Source: Adineta vaga (taxonomy: Eukaryota; Animalia; Rotifera). From it: 64,000 nt of DNA. The translations under genes were made by a program, and so were the position numbers. The notes below the pieces were generated by a model. That model saw nothing but the letters and a program-made list of their open reading frames with translations. It was not told where the DNA came from and ran no database searches. The stretch lies in NCBI GenBank assembly GCA_021613535.1, contig CP075496.1, forward strand, positions 9,362,001 to 9,426,000, read 5' to 3'. Position 1 is the stretch's first letter; the number at the start of each line of letters is the position of its first letter. Shown here one piece after another: positions 1-10,753 of this stretch.

Positions 1-41
1 ATCTATCAAGAATTCTATCGAATATTCTTTTCATCATATAG

Positions 42-380
42 ACTCTCAATTTAACTCGTTTATGTATACATAAAAATACTACTGATACAAAACTTCTCCT
101 CACTCAAAAATTTCAATCTAAACCGCCAACTGAAATCTATCATTTACATGCTTATATTGATTTATATTTAGCAAAAAAACAAGCAGAATCGTTAGATCGA
201 ACGACAAATACTTCAATATATTCAATTGAATTTAGTAAGAAATTTCTTTCACCTATTTCTTTTCAAAAGAACATTACAATTGATAATCAAACATATCCTA
301 CTGTTGATAATATTGATGAGCATCTCGTGCATTTTTATACAAAAAAATACATGCATGATGTAATACCAAGTCGACCTTGA
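42..380 (+). CDS. Terminal exon of a gene starting left of the window; LicD/fukutin-like nucleotidyltransferase C-terminus (tentative)
   Basis: Acceptor ttttcatcatatAG ends at 41. Open frame of 112 codons to TGA 378-380 (…AYIDLY…FLSPISFQKNITIDNQTYPTVDNIDEHLVHFYTKKYM…), resembling LicD-family C-terminal motifs. AATAAA at ~454. Not in the ORF track because it has no start codon. Confidence 0.5.
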   Translation, partial: TLNLTRLCIHKNTTDTKLLLTQKFQSKPPTEIYHLHAYIDLYLAKKQAESLDRTTNTSIYSIEFSKKFLSPISFQKNITIDNQTYPTVDNIDEHLVHFYTKKYMHDVIPSRP

Positions 381-557
381 AAACGTTCTTGTATGAATCA
401 AACAAATTCAGATCGATAAAACTATTTTAGTTTCTTTACTATAGATTATTTGTAATAAAATGCATCGTTTTTATCTCATTTTGATTACTTGTATTTTTTC
501 GATAATTACTACATTCAAACATACTCTATAATTATATGTGAAAAGTTCATACATCAT

Positions 558-1842
558 TTATTCGTAAAGAATCGTACATTGAATTCCATCATCCTTTTGT
601 TGTTTTAAATCTTGAAGATCGATATCTAACATACAGTGTTGATGTTCATTTGTTGGACATAAATGTGATGTAAACCACCATTCTGATTCAGGTAATAAAC
701 CGGGATGATTATCTGTAACACGTACCATCAGACCAGTGCAAACAATAGTCGAATTTGGATCATTAAAATCCATAATTGTTTTATTTTTTGCATCAATAAT
801 CCATTCAATAACATCGTTGCTTATATTAGGATCTATAATAGGACTTTTAGCATCCAAGGTTTCACGATCAATCTTTTTTATATTCTCTGGACGAACTCGA
901 CACTGTAATACAAATTGAACATATTTACCATTTTTAACAAATATTTTTTCGTCTGTTGATTCAATTTCTTTCACTTCACTATATCTTGGATGAGATGCAT
1001 AGATAATCGATGGGGTAACATATATTCCTGCACCGTGATTAACTGCCGTAGCTGGTCTTAATCCACTTAATAAAATTGATAGACCATTTGAAAATTTCGT
1101 ACCATGGTAACATATACACCATCCTTTAAATTTCTCATAGAATTGATCAGTTACATAAAAGGAATGCCTTTTCCATCCAACTGGACAATAATATGGATGT
1201 TGGCCACGATCTCGTCCATCTTCAAGATTACCTGTCCAATGCGAATGATCTATATCATAAATACGATTATATTTTGGATATAGATTTATTTCATAACGCA
1301 ACTCTTGTTTTGCAGGCAATTTTTGAATATTACCCATATACATGAATATGACTTTTAATCCAGCTAAATCTTGTATTCTATCTGTTAGTGAGTCATAAAA
1401 AGCTTTAATATTGATTTTTCGCCTAACAGAAAGAAAATCTTTGAAAATCTCTGTAATTACTTTAACACAACCGATCTGTATTTTTCGAATAACGATATCA
1501 TCCGTATTGAATATTTCACAAATTTGTTTTAAAAAGATTTTTGCATCAAATTCATTATAATCTACATCAATGACAAATATTAAATATATTGATGTTAAAT
1601 TAGTATCATTTTGAAACAAATCATCAGACACAGATATGAGTGGCATTTGTGTAATGTGAAAATATTCTTTACACTTTTTGTAATATGTTTCTTCTTCTGG
1701 TGGTATTGATTCTTCAAATGTTTCAATTGTTTCTTCGGAAGACACATCTGAATTATGGTCGGCACAAAATAGAAGAAGGATTATATTAAAAACTTACTTT
1801 GATCATTGGATTTCTGTAAATCAATGTGAGGTAAAGTTTGAT
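558..1842 (-). CDS. PARP-like (H-Y-E, NEURL4-type) ADP-ribosyltransferase domain protein with a preceding SEA/ferredoxin-like domain; 3' exons
   Basis: Motifs RGQHPYYCPVGWKR, YHGT, GIYVTPSIIYASHPRYS, QFVLQCRVRP and VIEW. The ORF 'start' at 1745 is a GTG just after an acceptor. In-phase exons 1747-558 and 1842-1798 flank a 50-nt GT-AG intron. Confidence 0.8.
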
Positions 1843-1939
1843 CTATAAAAAGTATAACATTGAAAGTTTTAAAGTTTTGAAGTATAAAAAAACTGAAGTA
1901 TGGGATGAGAATTCTCTGAACTAGATTTCTATCATTTAC

Positions 1940-2738
1940 TTCGTTTCGTCAAATTTGTATTTTAAAGAATTCTGAGATTTTTTTTATGATAATAGACAAA
2001 TCATGTTCTTCTATAATAGTATAGATTTTAATCGCAAATAATGGAAACTTAATATACTTTGACTGTTCAGTTATAGACACTTACTTATTTTCATCCATAT
2101 TTCAGTTAATTGTAAATCATGGTTTCTATACTGTTCATTTAGAGCAACTATTTGTTTCTGTAAATCATCCTTATCAATTTTTAATACTTTGCATTCTTCA
2201 TTCAAATCATGGATTTGTGTTTTCAATTGATTTTCCCATTCATTTCTATGATTTATTTTCTGTTGTAGTTGTTGATTTTCAATTATTAGATCCTCAACTT
2301 GTGTTTTGAGTTCCTGATTTCTATTAACAAGTATATCAAACAATGTATCAAGTCTCTTGATCTTCTCTTGAAGTTCCTTGTTATCATTTTCAAGTTGTTC
2401 GTATCGTCTATTACTAACAATCAATTGTTTAATACTGGAGTTCTCCGACTGAATGTATTCGTCGCGATTCTTATATTCCAGATTTGATTTTTTGCAAGCT
2501 GTACGATTTGAGAAGCGTTGGTCAACCATATTAATCTTCGTACGACTATTCAGCTGAAATCTTTCTGAGACATATATGAACTGTCGTGATAATCAGCCCA
2601 AGGACGATCATCCTGCACTTTGTTCTCAGAGTTCAATTCATAAGATACACGACCATAAGACGTCGTTCTTGTTCGACTAATGGCAGCATTTTCACATACT
2701 CTACACTTGAATTTTGTATCGTTCGCTTGTCGTTCCAT
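1940..2738 (-). CDS. Coiled-coil coding segment, probably the 5' part of the ART gene at 558-1842, interrupted by two 1-nt frameshifts
   Basis: ORF 2529-2071 is heptad-rich and ends at donor GTAAGT (2084). Intron 2084-2011, exon 2010-1940 and intron 1939-1843 follow. Adding one A at ~2563 and one at ~1955 gives one continuous frame into the ART exons. Confidence 0.5.
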
Positions 2739-4511
2739 GTATTTCCAGATTTTTTGTCGTTATTGTTTATTCACAGTTTGTATTTCAACTCACCCGTTCG
2801 ATGTAATCTTTTACAAATGAAAAGAATCTATCCGTGATAAAAGTAAACTCATTTGTAGTGTTTCTGTTTACTTTCTCCTGATCAGACCGAAGGAGGAATG
2901 GAAGGAAACATATAGAAATTACAAAAGACGATTGTATAAAAAGCATCGAATAGAAAACGTAAGGAGAGAGACAAAACGTTTGCCGATGAAAACAACAATC
3001 TATATGATTTCATGACAGTTTTTATTAAATGAGCAAATGAAAATAAATTATAACAATAGTACAGTAGGAGTAAAAAACCTTGCACAAAATTGAAATTTTT
3101 TTAGAACGATTTTCTTACTCTTCGAAAGCAATTATGAAATTCAGTTGTCCAGGAATATATGTACGCTAGCTATAGGACACATGGACCATACGAAAATGTG
3201 ATTTGTTTTCTTTTTTGTATATATATATATACATTTAATTATGACCTTATCTAGTTATTTGAATCACATATCAATATAATGTTACTGGAACAAAGATTTA
3301 CGATCTACGTCTACAATCCATCTTACAACAAATAACCTACTCAGGACTGCCCATTACAATCTTAATAGATTGAAACAAACGAATTCACTTAGACATCGAA
3401 GATGTATAATAGTCGACCACGCATTCTAGTGAAAATGAGAAAAAGTTATCGACAACATATTATTTATCCGTATCTGCACGAATGTGGTTATAGAAGTATT
3501 TTAACCAAAAAATCATATGTTAACATTTGATCATAAAAATTATGTGTTCAATGGGATAAGCATTACACAAACGATAACTTTACAAATACAATATTTACAG
3601 GTCAAGACTCATTCTATTTTTTTTAACTGAAGAATTCAAAAATACTGAAATGTGGTGTCCAATAGCATTTTTTATAGGCTTTCAACTATATACAAAACTG
3701 CTTGAAAGTCACATACATATAGGAATATATTTCCATAACAAGATGTGCAAGTTTGTCTGACTCCAACTTTACATATGCATAAAGAGAAAGACACTGAAAA
3801 ATATATCGTAAAATATTGTGGAACAGACCAATGGTTTAAGATAAATATTGGCTGAATGAGAAGTGAACTATGTTCATATATAATATCCTCATATGAGATG
3901 AGAAAAATAATCTTGTATTTGATTCGCCGTAAGAAGACGATGCGGACGACACTAATAGAGAAGAAAACACATTTTTCTTGAGTTTTTATCCTGTTATTGA
4001 AACCTACAATTGTATACTTGAATAATTTGTATTTATACAACAGAGTTGTTCAGCAAGGTGATACTTTAATTATATAAGATATAAAACACTCTCTTAATTA
4101 CAATTAGAATATATCTATTATGTTCGTTGTACCAGGTAATATAGATGCGAAAGAATACATAATTCTCAGTACGTCTCTATTATTGTTATATACAATATAA
4201 TGCCACTGAACGTGATATAATCGAGAAATCGAATAGAAAGGTTTGTTCTCGTTTCGTCAAAAACCAAAACGAATCAATGTTTTCGAATAATTCAGTCACT
4301 ATAGACATGTATTAGGCTAATCAAGAAGTCTCATCAGTTGTCTATTTATCAATGAATGATAGATACATTTTACTTAATTTATTGAAGTCATGTTCTTGGA
4401 GTATTTCACTTGTAGAAAACTATTTACTAATTTCAACTACGAAATGAACAAGACATACGCAAACACAGATTACTGGAAAAAAGAGTGGGTGTGTTTCTAT
4501 TCATTGATTAT

Positions 4512-5240
4512 TTAAAATGATATTTTCCATATGAATGACACATGAAATAGTGTTATTAGTAAGGAAACGGAGAGAGAACCCAAATGAGATGCATGATTAT
4601 TCCAACTTTCGCCATCTTTCTCACTTTGATTAAGTAATAGATCGAAATTCAATGGTTGAAATAGTTCCAAACGATGAAAATCCGGTTTAGTACTTTCAGG
4701 TGGTGCTGGATACAGTGCTTCATAAGTACGAGTTGCATTTTGACCATGGATAGCAAATGCATTAAAACGATCCATGCGACCAGGAAGATGAGCACGCGGT
4801 ATAAGTGCCCGACCAATCCATTGATTGCCTGACAGCCATTCAACGCGATAGTCGGGTAATGGTAGCAGTTGTTTGAGTGTTTTACGTTGATCGATTAATA
4901 AGAGAACGATGTAATGTCCATGAGGAGAAAATTCTAGTTCTATATAATGATTTGTTGATGATGATAAGAGAAAGAGTTCGACAACTTCATAATTCCATAG
5001 TTCTGGAAAAGGACCTGGAGGTGTCATTGCAGGAGCTGGATCGTTAAAAAATGGTGCATTAATCTCAACGAGTAGATCATTTCTATCAGCGGTTGATGAA
5101 AGAGTAATTTGTATTGGTGAATGATTCGAAATAACAGTGGAATTCCACAATCTTCTGATTGTAAAATTCATTATCGTAGATGTTACTGAATATTTACAGC
5201 AGAGTAGAAAAAAAGCATGAAAGATAGGAGATGGTCGCAT
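4512..5240 (-). CDS. C4orf33: UPF0462/C4orf33-like protein (DOMON/CBM9-like fold) with predicted signal peptide and hydrophobic C-terminal tail
   Basis: Family motifs APFFNDP.P…PGPFPELWNYEVVELF…HYIELEFSPHGHYIVLLL…FNAFAIHG…YEALYP…PDFHRLELF. Intronless, 242 aa. Confidence 0.85.
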   Translation of the reverse strand: MRPSPIFHAFFLLCCKYSVTSTIMNFTIRRLWNSTVISNHSPIQITLSSTADRNDLLVEINAPFFNDPAPAMTPPGPFPELWNYEVVELFLLSSSTNHYIELEFSPHGHYIVLLLIDQRKTLKQLLPLPDYRVEWLSGNQWIGRALIPRAHLPGRMDRFNAFAIHGQNATRTYEALYPAPPESTKPDFHRLELFQPLNFDLLLNQSEKDGESWNNHASHLGSLSVSLLITLFHVSFIWKISF

Positions 5241-5582
5241 AATAATTTTCTGTATGTCTTTTCAGCAAGAAAAAAAAAAGAAATTGACTAATCGTTTTTA
5301 TAACTTTCACACAAAACAGATTCAACTCTGACCGAAAGAAAGAAAAGAACAGAAAAAGAATTTATTACGAATCGATTATTCTTATCTATTAAATGCAGTA
5401 CGACCCATATAGTGTGTCTTATCGCGTTCTGTTATTTTCTCTGTAAAGATCAATTGCATCTTCTTACGTTTCTACTTATATATCAAATAAATGTTAAATA
5501 GATTTTGCATATCATATTCTTTTCAATAAGATTGATATTTATGTATATTGTCGTTATATCAAACAACTTTCAAACATATAAT

Positions 5583-7931
5583 CTAACAGTCATTCAAAGC
5601 AACACTTTCGTCAAGAGATATGAATTGATTTGCTCTTTTATCAATGGTTGATGTTGTAGCTACATTCCATCGCTGTAAATAAAATAGAGAAAATGAAAGT
5701 TAACTTTCATAATTAAAGAAGAAGAAGAAGAAGTATCAATACCTCTTTGAATGTTCCCTTTTGTCTTACAAAGAAAATAATTGCATAGATAGGAATAGCT
5801 AAAATAGATGATAGAGCAATACACCAACCAAGATATTCAGCCCATTTTGGAAAACGATATTTCTTGTAGGTAACTGGTTCATATTTTACAAGACTGAAAA
5901 TAGCTATACTCTATAGAGAAGAAGCAGCATTCATCGATTTCTCAATGAAAAATATCAATTATTTCTTACAATGCATAGTAAAGGAGTTAATACTTTCCAA
6001 CACCATTTCCAATATCTTCCTGGATAATAACCAATCATATCATTGATGTCTTCATAGAAACGATCAGCACCGTAAAACCATGCCACGCCAATACATTCAA
6101 AGAAAAGTACAACAAGTAAACACCAACCACTTGCTGAATAATAATCAAAGATTTTGAATACATACATTCCGCCCTAACTCAATGGACAAATTTTAAAAAA
6201 AGAAACTTTCATCTATCGAATAAAGCATACTTGAGTAACTGTTGATAAACCAATGGCATAGGAAATAGCACAAACTATAGCTATGAAAATTTCTTTATGA
6301 CGACGAAATACTGCCCATTCATCAACACATGCAGTAATGAAACCTTCTAGAGCAACAAACTATTGGAAGAAAAACAAATCAATTATCGCATACAAAAATT
6401 GACTATTTACGAAACCTGACTATCCAGACCGATGAAGATGAGCATAACAAAAAATAATATAGACCAAAATGATGAAAATGGTAACTGAGCAACAGCTGCT
6501 GGATAAACAACAAATGCTAAACCGGGACCTACAACAGATCATATAGTGTTCATAATCATATTTATTGGATGTAAAGTCATAAGATGATATAATTTACCCG
6601 ATTCTGCCACTTCATTGATCGCTTTTCCTTCCGATTTAGCTAAAAATCCAATGACAGAAAATATGACAAAACCACTTAATAAACATGTTCCTTCATTAAA
6701 TACTGTTAATATAAGTGTATCTCTAAATTTCGAATTTCCTTTTTTTAGCAAAAACTATTGCTATTATATACAGTTACCTATAACAATTGATATGACGTTT
6801 ATTGTAGCTACCTAATGCTACAAGAACTCCTAATCCAAGACCGTAACTGAAGAAAATTTGTGTTGCTGCGTCGATCCAAAGCTTCAAAAGAGAAAGAAAA
6901 ATGATACTAGTAAATTCGTTTCCTTATTGAATAACTTACTGCTGAAGTCATTAGTTTAGACATATCAGGTATGAATAGATATTTGATACCATCCATGGCA
7001 CCATCGAGTGTTAAACCTCGGATTAATAAGATTATAAGAAGTAAATACGGAAACATTGATGTGAAATAAACAATCTGTCAAACAATTTACATATGGAAAT
7101 TCATTAAAAAGATTGTCATTGTAAATTACTTTTCCTGTCCATTTAATTCCTTTCCATACACAAAAATAACATAGGATCCAAGCAAATGCCAATGTTATAA
7201 CTAAAGGAATACGGAATGAACCAGATTCACTGATATCATTAGTGATTTGAAGAGCATTATGACTGAATAGCACGTGAATAGATATTTATATGGCATTAAT
7301 TCTTTTTTCAAACTTACTCCCAAAATTCTTTTACAGGATTAGTGAATTTTTCACATGATGTACAATTCATAACCGATGTATAATTACGCAATTGAGCTAA
7401 TGTACGGCATGAATCTTGATTCCACCAGTTACCACATGTAGACCAAGGTAATTCAGATGAACGTGTAAATGAATTATAGATATAATAGAAAGCCCATGCC
7501 AAGACAACAATATAATAACAATTGAGCCAGAATACAATTATTGTTGCTGCATAACCAGCACCTTATACAGAAATCGATCTATAATACAATATGACAGACA
7601 GATGAAATAGTTTACCTTTCAATATAGGACATATTTTCCAAATACCTAAACCACCAATACTTGTAAATTGTCCAAGAGCAACTTCCAGAAAAAATAATGG
7701 AATACCAGCACAGATCAATGTTAAATAGTATGGAATAAGAAATGCTCCTAGAAATATGAAACTAATCGATTTAATCATTGATTTGACTCATAAACTAATC
7801 AAACCTCCTCCATGTTCATAGCATAAATATGGAAATCGCCAAACATTACCAAGACCAATAGCAAAGCCAATGCAAGAGAAAAGGAAATCTGAATTACCTG
7901 ACCACTTATCACGTTTTTCAATATTATTCAT
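5583..7931 (-). CDS. Sodium/chloride-dependent neurotransmitter transporter (SLC6, GABA/taurine/creatine-like), ~12 exons
   Basis: Exon 1 reads [42 protein letters not shown]. Further motifs: [59 protein letters not shown]. Short GT-AG introns; stop TAG 5585-5583. Confidence 0.93.
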
Positions 7932-8950
7932 GATCTAATTTCACAGTTTGTAGGAGACAGTGAAGTACTTACTGTAGCTTTTAAAGTAATTTTGAGAAAT
8001 TCTTCTTATCGTATTTATGTGAATGCTATTATATAATGAATTTAAAACGGAAGTATTTAATAATCAGTCCCCAATCATGTGCAACTTTATGTCAATATGA
8101 TGAAATCTGAAATTTTGACAACGAATAATAACAGAACTAGTTATTGCGTGTATGTAGAAATCATAGTAATGCTATCGTCGATAAATCTATTTTTATCACA
8201 GTAATCATTGTGAATAAAAAATAGTCGTTCTCTTAGTTATATTAATTTCTTCCTGTTGCATATTTATTTACTTTGAATCATACTGCAAACTTAAGCAGTG
8301 TACTTTTAGTAAAGTTTATTTTAATACAGTAATTCTTTCTAAAGAATAAGAGAATATTTTGATTCTATATGTAAATAAAGTGTTACAATGTAATGCGTAT
8401 AGCAAATGTAAATGCATTTCATAAATTCAGAAAATGAAAGCGTCGCTAAAATTTAGTTATCTGTTGACAAAAATCATTAGATGAAAAAACTTGATCGCCG
8501 GAAGAATGATGCAATCGAAATTATTTCAGATATCTGTTGTGCTGTTTACTTTTACTTCGTTGATTATTGTTCAAAAAAAGATATTGATTTGGACATATCA
8601 ATCACGACTGATAGGATAACAATTGAAGATCCATGTGCTTTCTAAAGAAAACACTCATAAACTATAATTCAAATCTGTTCCATTATCATGAAAAATAATC
8701 AACAACGATACGCTTCTAAGGTGCATAAATGCATAATGTGTTCACACCATTATTATAAGGAAAAAAATGTCCTCGTTGTTCATCGTTCTATACGTCTTAG
8801 AAACGATTTTCTTTTCACGAGTTTTCTTCCCGTTCTGTTGTTTTCTTCTCGTACTCAAAAGAGAGACAAAGTAAGAATGCCCGTTGTCATGTAATGTTTT
8901 TCATCACCAATATACTTTCGTAGTAAACGCATTCCTATATATATAGATCA

Positions 8951-10732
8951 ATGTCTTCATCACTTCGTGTAAAAATTGAATTTAATTATAAAAACCAAAA
9001 GAATAATACTCCATTGAAATTCATGTATTTAATTCATTCTCCTGCCACAACTACGATCGAAAAACTTATTTCAATTCTTCAACAGTATATTATTGATCAA
9101 TTTATTTATGAGAATATACATATAGTTAATTTACTTACTGAAGATGGATATTTATTAATGAAAAATGATCTATGCAGTGATATTCTTAATCGTAATGAAA
9201 AGTTAATCTGCGTTGACATGTATCGATTCGTCGTAGAAAACAGTAATACAATAGACATGGACAAAGCTTGGTTAAAACTCGAACATCATGATACTACAGA
9301 TGATATTCAAAAGTATCTTTGCGTTGGTTTAAATGATGTTGGTAAATTCTATATATATTTATGGGGTGGACGATTGAAGAAAGAGTTATATTTATTTAAT
9401 ACCATTGAGCTACTTGCATTAGTACATAAGAAACAAAAAGGTAAAGAATTATCTTCTAAAAAATTATTCATATGTCATTCTTTAGATGTTAGTCTTTCTG
9501 TCATGAGAGTTTCCGAAACATCACCATTTGAATGGTTTATAGAAGCAATATTCGAACAAGATTTCACTACAGATAATACTTTGATACTAAAAGGTAATCT
9601 TAGAGCAGGTGATATGACTCAAATTAAGACTGGTACACTTCGAATTAGTCTTAATAAAAACACGAAAACAATCGAGCATTGGGAAGTGACACACTTATCA
9701 ATTGAGTCTGACGATCTTAGTCATACTACAGAACAAGAACTAAGCCGATTAAATCAACTGAAAGATCTCGTTTCACCTCCAAAACGAACTGGTCCTACAA
9801 TTGACACGACTGTACTACCTACTAAAATAGATACCTATGAATGTGACGGTGATTCAGTTCTACGAATAGTTCAAGGTAATGCTTCCGTTGAAATGGCACA
9901 AGACACTCATGCACGTGATAGTAACTTTCGTAATTTTATCACTATTACAAATCTGATTATTTCAAAGAAACCAGTTGTATTACCCGAAATTTTAAATCAT
10001 AAACGATCAACACCGGCTGAAAAACCTATTTCTATTGTTCGTGTCAATGTTCAATACCAAAAATCTGATGGTAAATGGATTGATTGTCAGAATTCTAAGA
10101 TTATCGTCACATCTGCGCAGTCGAATGAAAAACAAAGACAGGGTAGTGCAATCCTAAATATTGAACCAGATAAAATCGTTTCTGTATCTATCGAAACAGC
10201 AATTCTTGTGAAAGGTAAACCAAACAGATCAAATGATACTCGTAATCGTGCTCATCGAAGTTTACCACAACCATTAAAATTAAAGATTATTCTTACTGAT
10301 AATCTAACTAAAACATGTTCTCTCATTATTGAACAGATAAATGAACCATTACAGTTGATAACGAAAGAAATCTTTGGTATGAAATGGAAAAATGAGATGA
10401 AAAAACTGATCGCATTTATTTATGCTGATGATTGTGAATATGATGAACGTATTTATATTGGAATTTATCTTTCAAATAATGATTTGTTAGTAGTCGATGA
10501 TGGAAGCAAACGTATTTGGATGCAAAAATCACAAATGCGTACAATGCAATGGAATGCGAAAAAGAATAAAATAACAGAAGAATCTGCAAGTTTTCTCGGT
10601 GATTCACAAACGAAAATCATCTGGTTATTTGATTCAGAAACATATTTATTCTACGCACTTCGAGTTGAACTAACGACAACAACATCACAAACCATAGAAA
10701 CAGTACTATTACCATTGGATGAAATGGATTGA
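8951..10732 (+). CDS. Uncharacterised protein with N-terminal coilin-N-like (beta-grasp) domain
   Basis: 593-aa ORF. N-terminus RVKIEFNY…TIEKLISILQQY…EDGYLL…DILNRNEKLICV follows the coilin N-domain pattern. Probable in-frame 45-nt intron 9441-9485. Confidence 0.75.
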   Translation: MSSSLRVKIEFNYKNQKNNTPLKFMYLIHSPATTTIEKLISILQQYIIDQFIYENIHIVNLLTEDGYLLMKNDLCSDILNRNEKLICVDMYRFVVENSNTIDMDKAWLKLEHHDTTDDIQKYLCVGLNDVGKFYIYLWGGRLKKELYLFNTIELLALVHKKQKGKELSSKKLFICHSLDVSLSVMRVSETSPFEWFIEAIFEQDFTTDNTLILKGNLRAGDMTQIKTGTLRISLNKNTKTIEHWEVTHLSIESDDLSHTTEQELSRLNQLKDLVSPPKRTGPTIDTTVLPTKIDTYECDGDSVLRIVQGNASVEMAQDTHARDSNFRNFITITNLIISKKPVVLPEILNHKRSTPAEKPISIVRVNVQYQKSDGKWIDCQNSKIIVTSAQSNEKQRQGSAILNIEPDKIVSVSIETAILVKGKPNRSNDTRNRAHRSLPQPLKLKIILTDNLTKTCSLIIEQINEPLQLITKEIFGMKWKNEMKKLIAFIYADDCEYDERIYIGIYLSNNDLLVVDDGSKRIWMQKSQMRTMQWNAKKNKITEESASFLGDSQTKIIWLFDSETYLFYALRVELTTTTSQTIETVLLPLDEMD

Positions 10733-10753
10733 TTTTTTTCTTTTGTTTTATTG

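Noticed and set aside
3100-4100. Possible decayed coding sequence on + strand and 122-aa minus-strand ORF (3672-4040)
   Set aside because: Only short interrupted frames with no recognisable motif; the minus ORF starts at TTG and has AT-rich non-coding composition.
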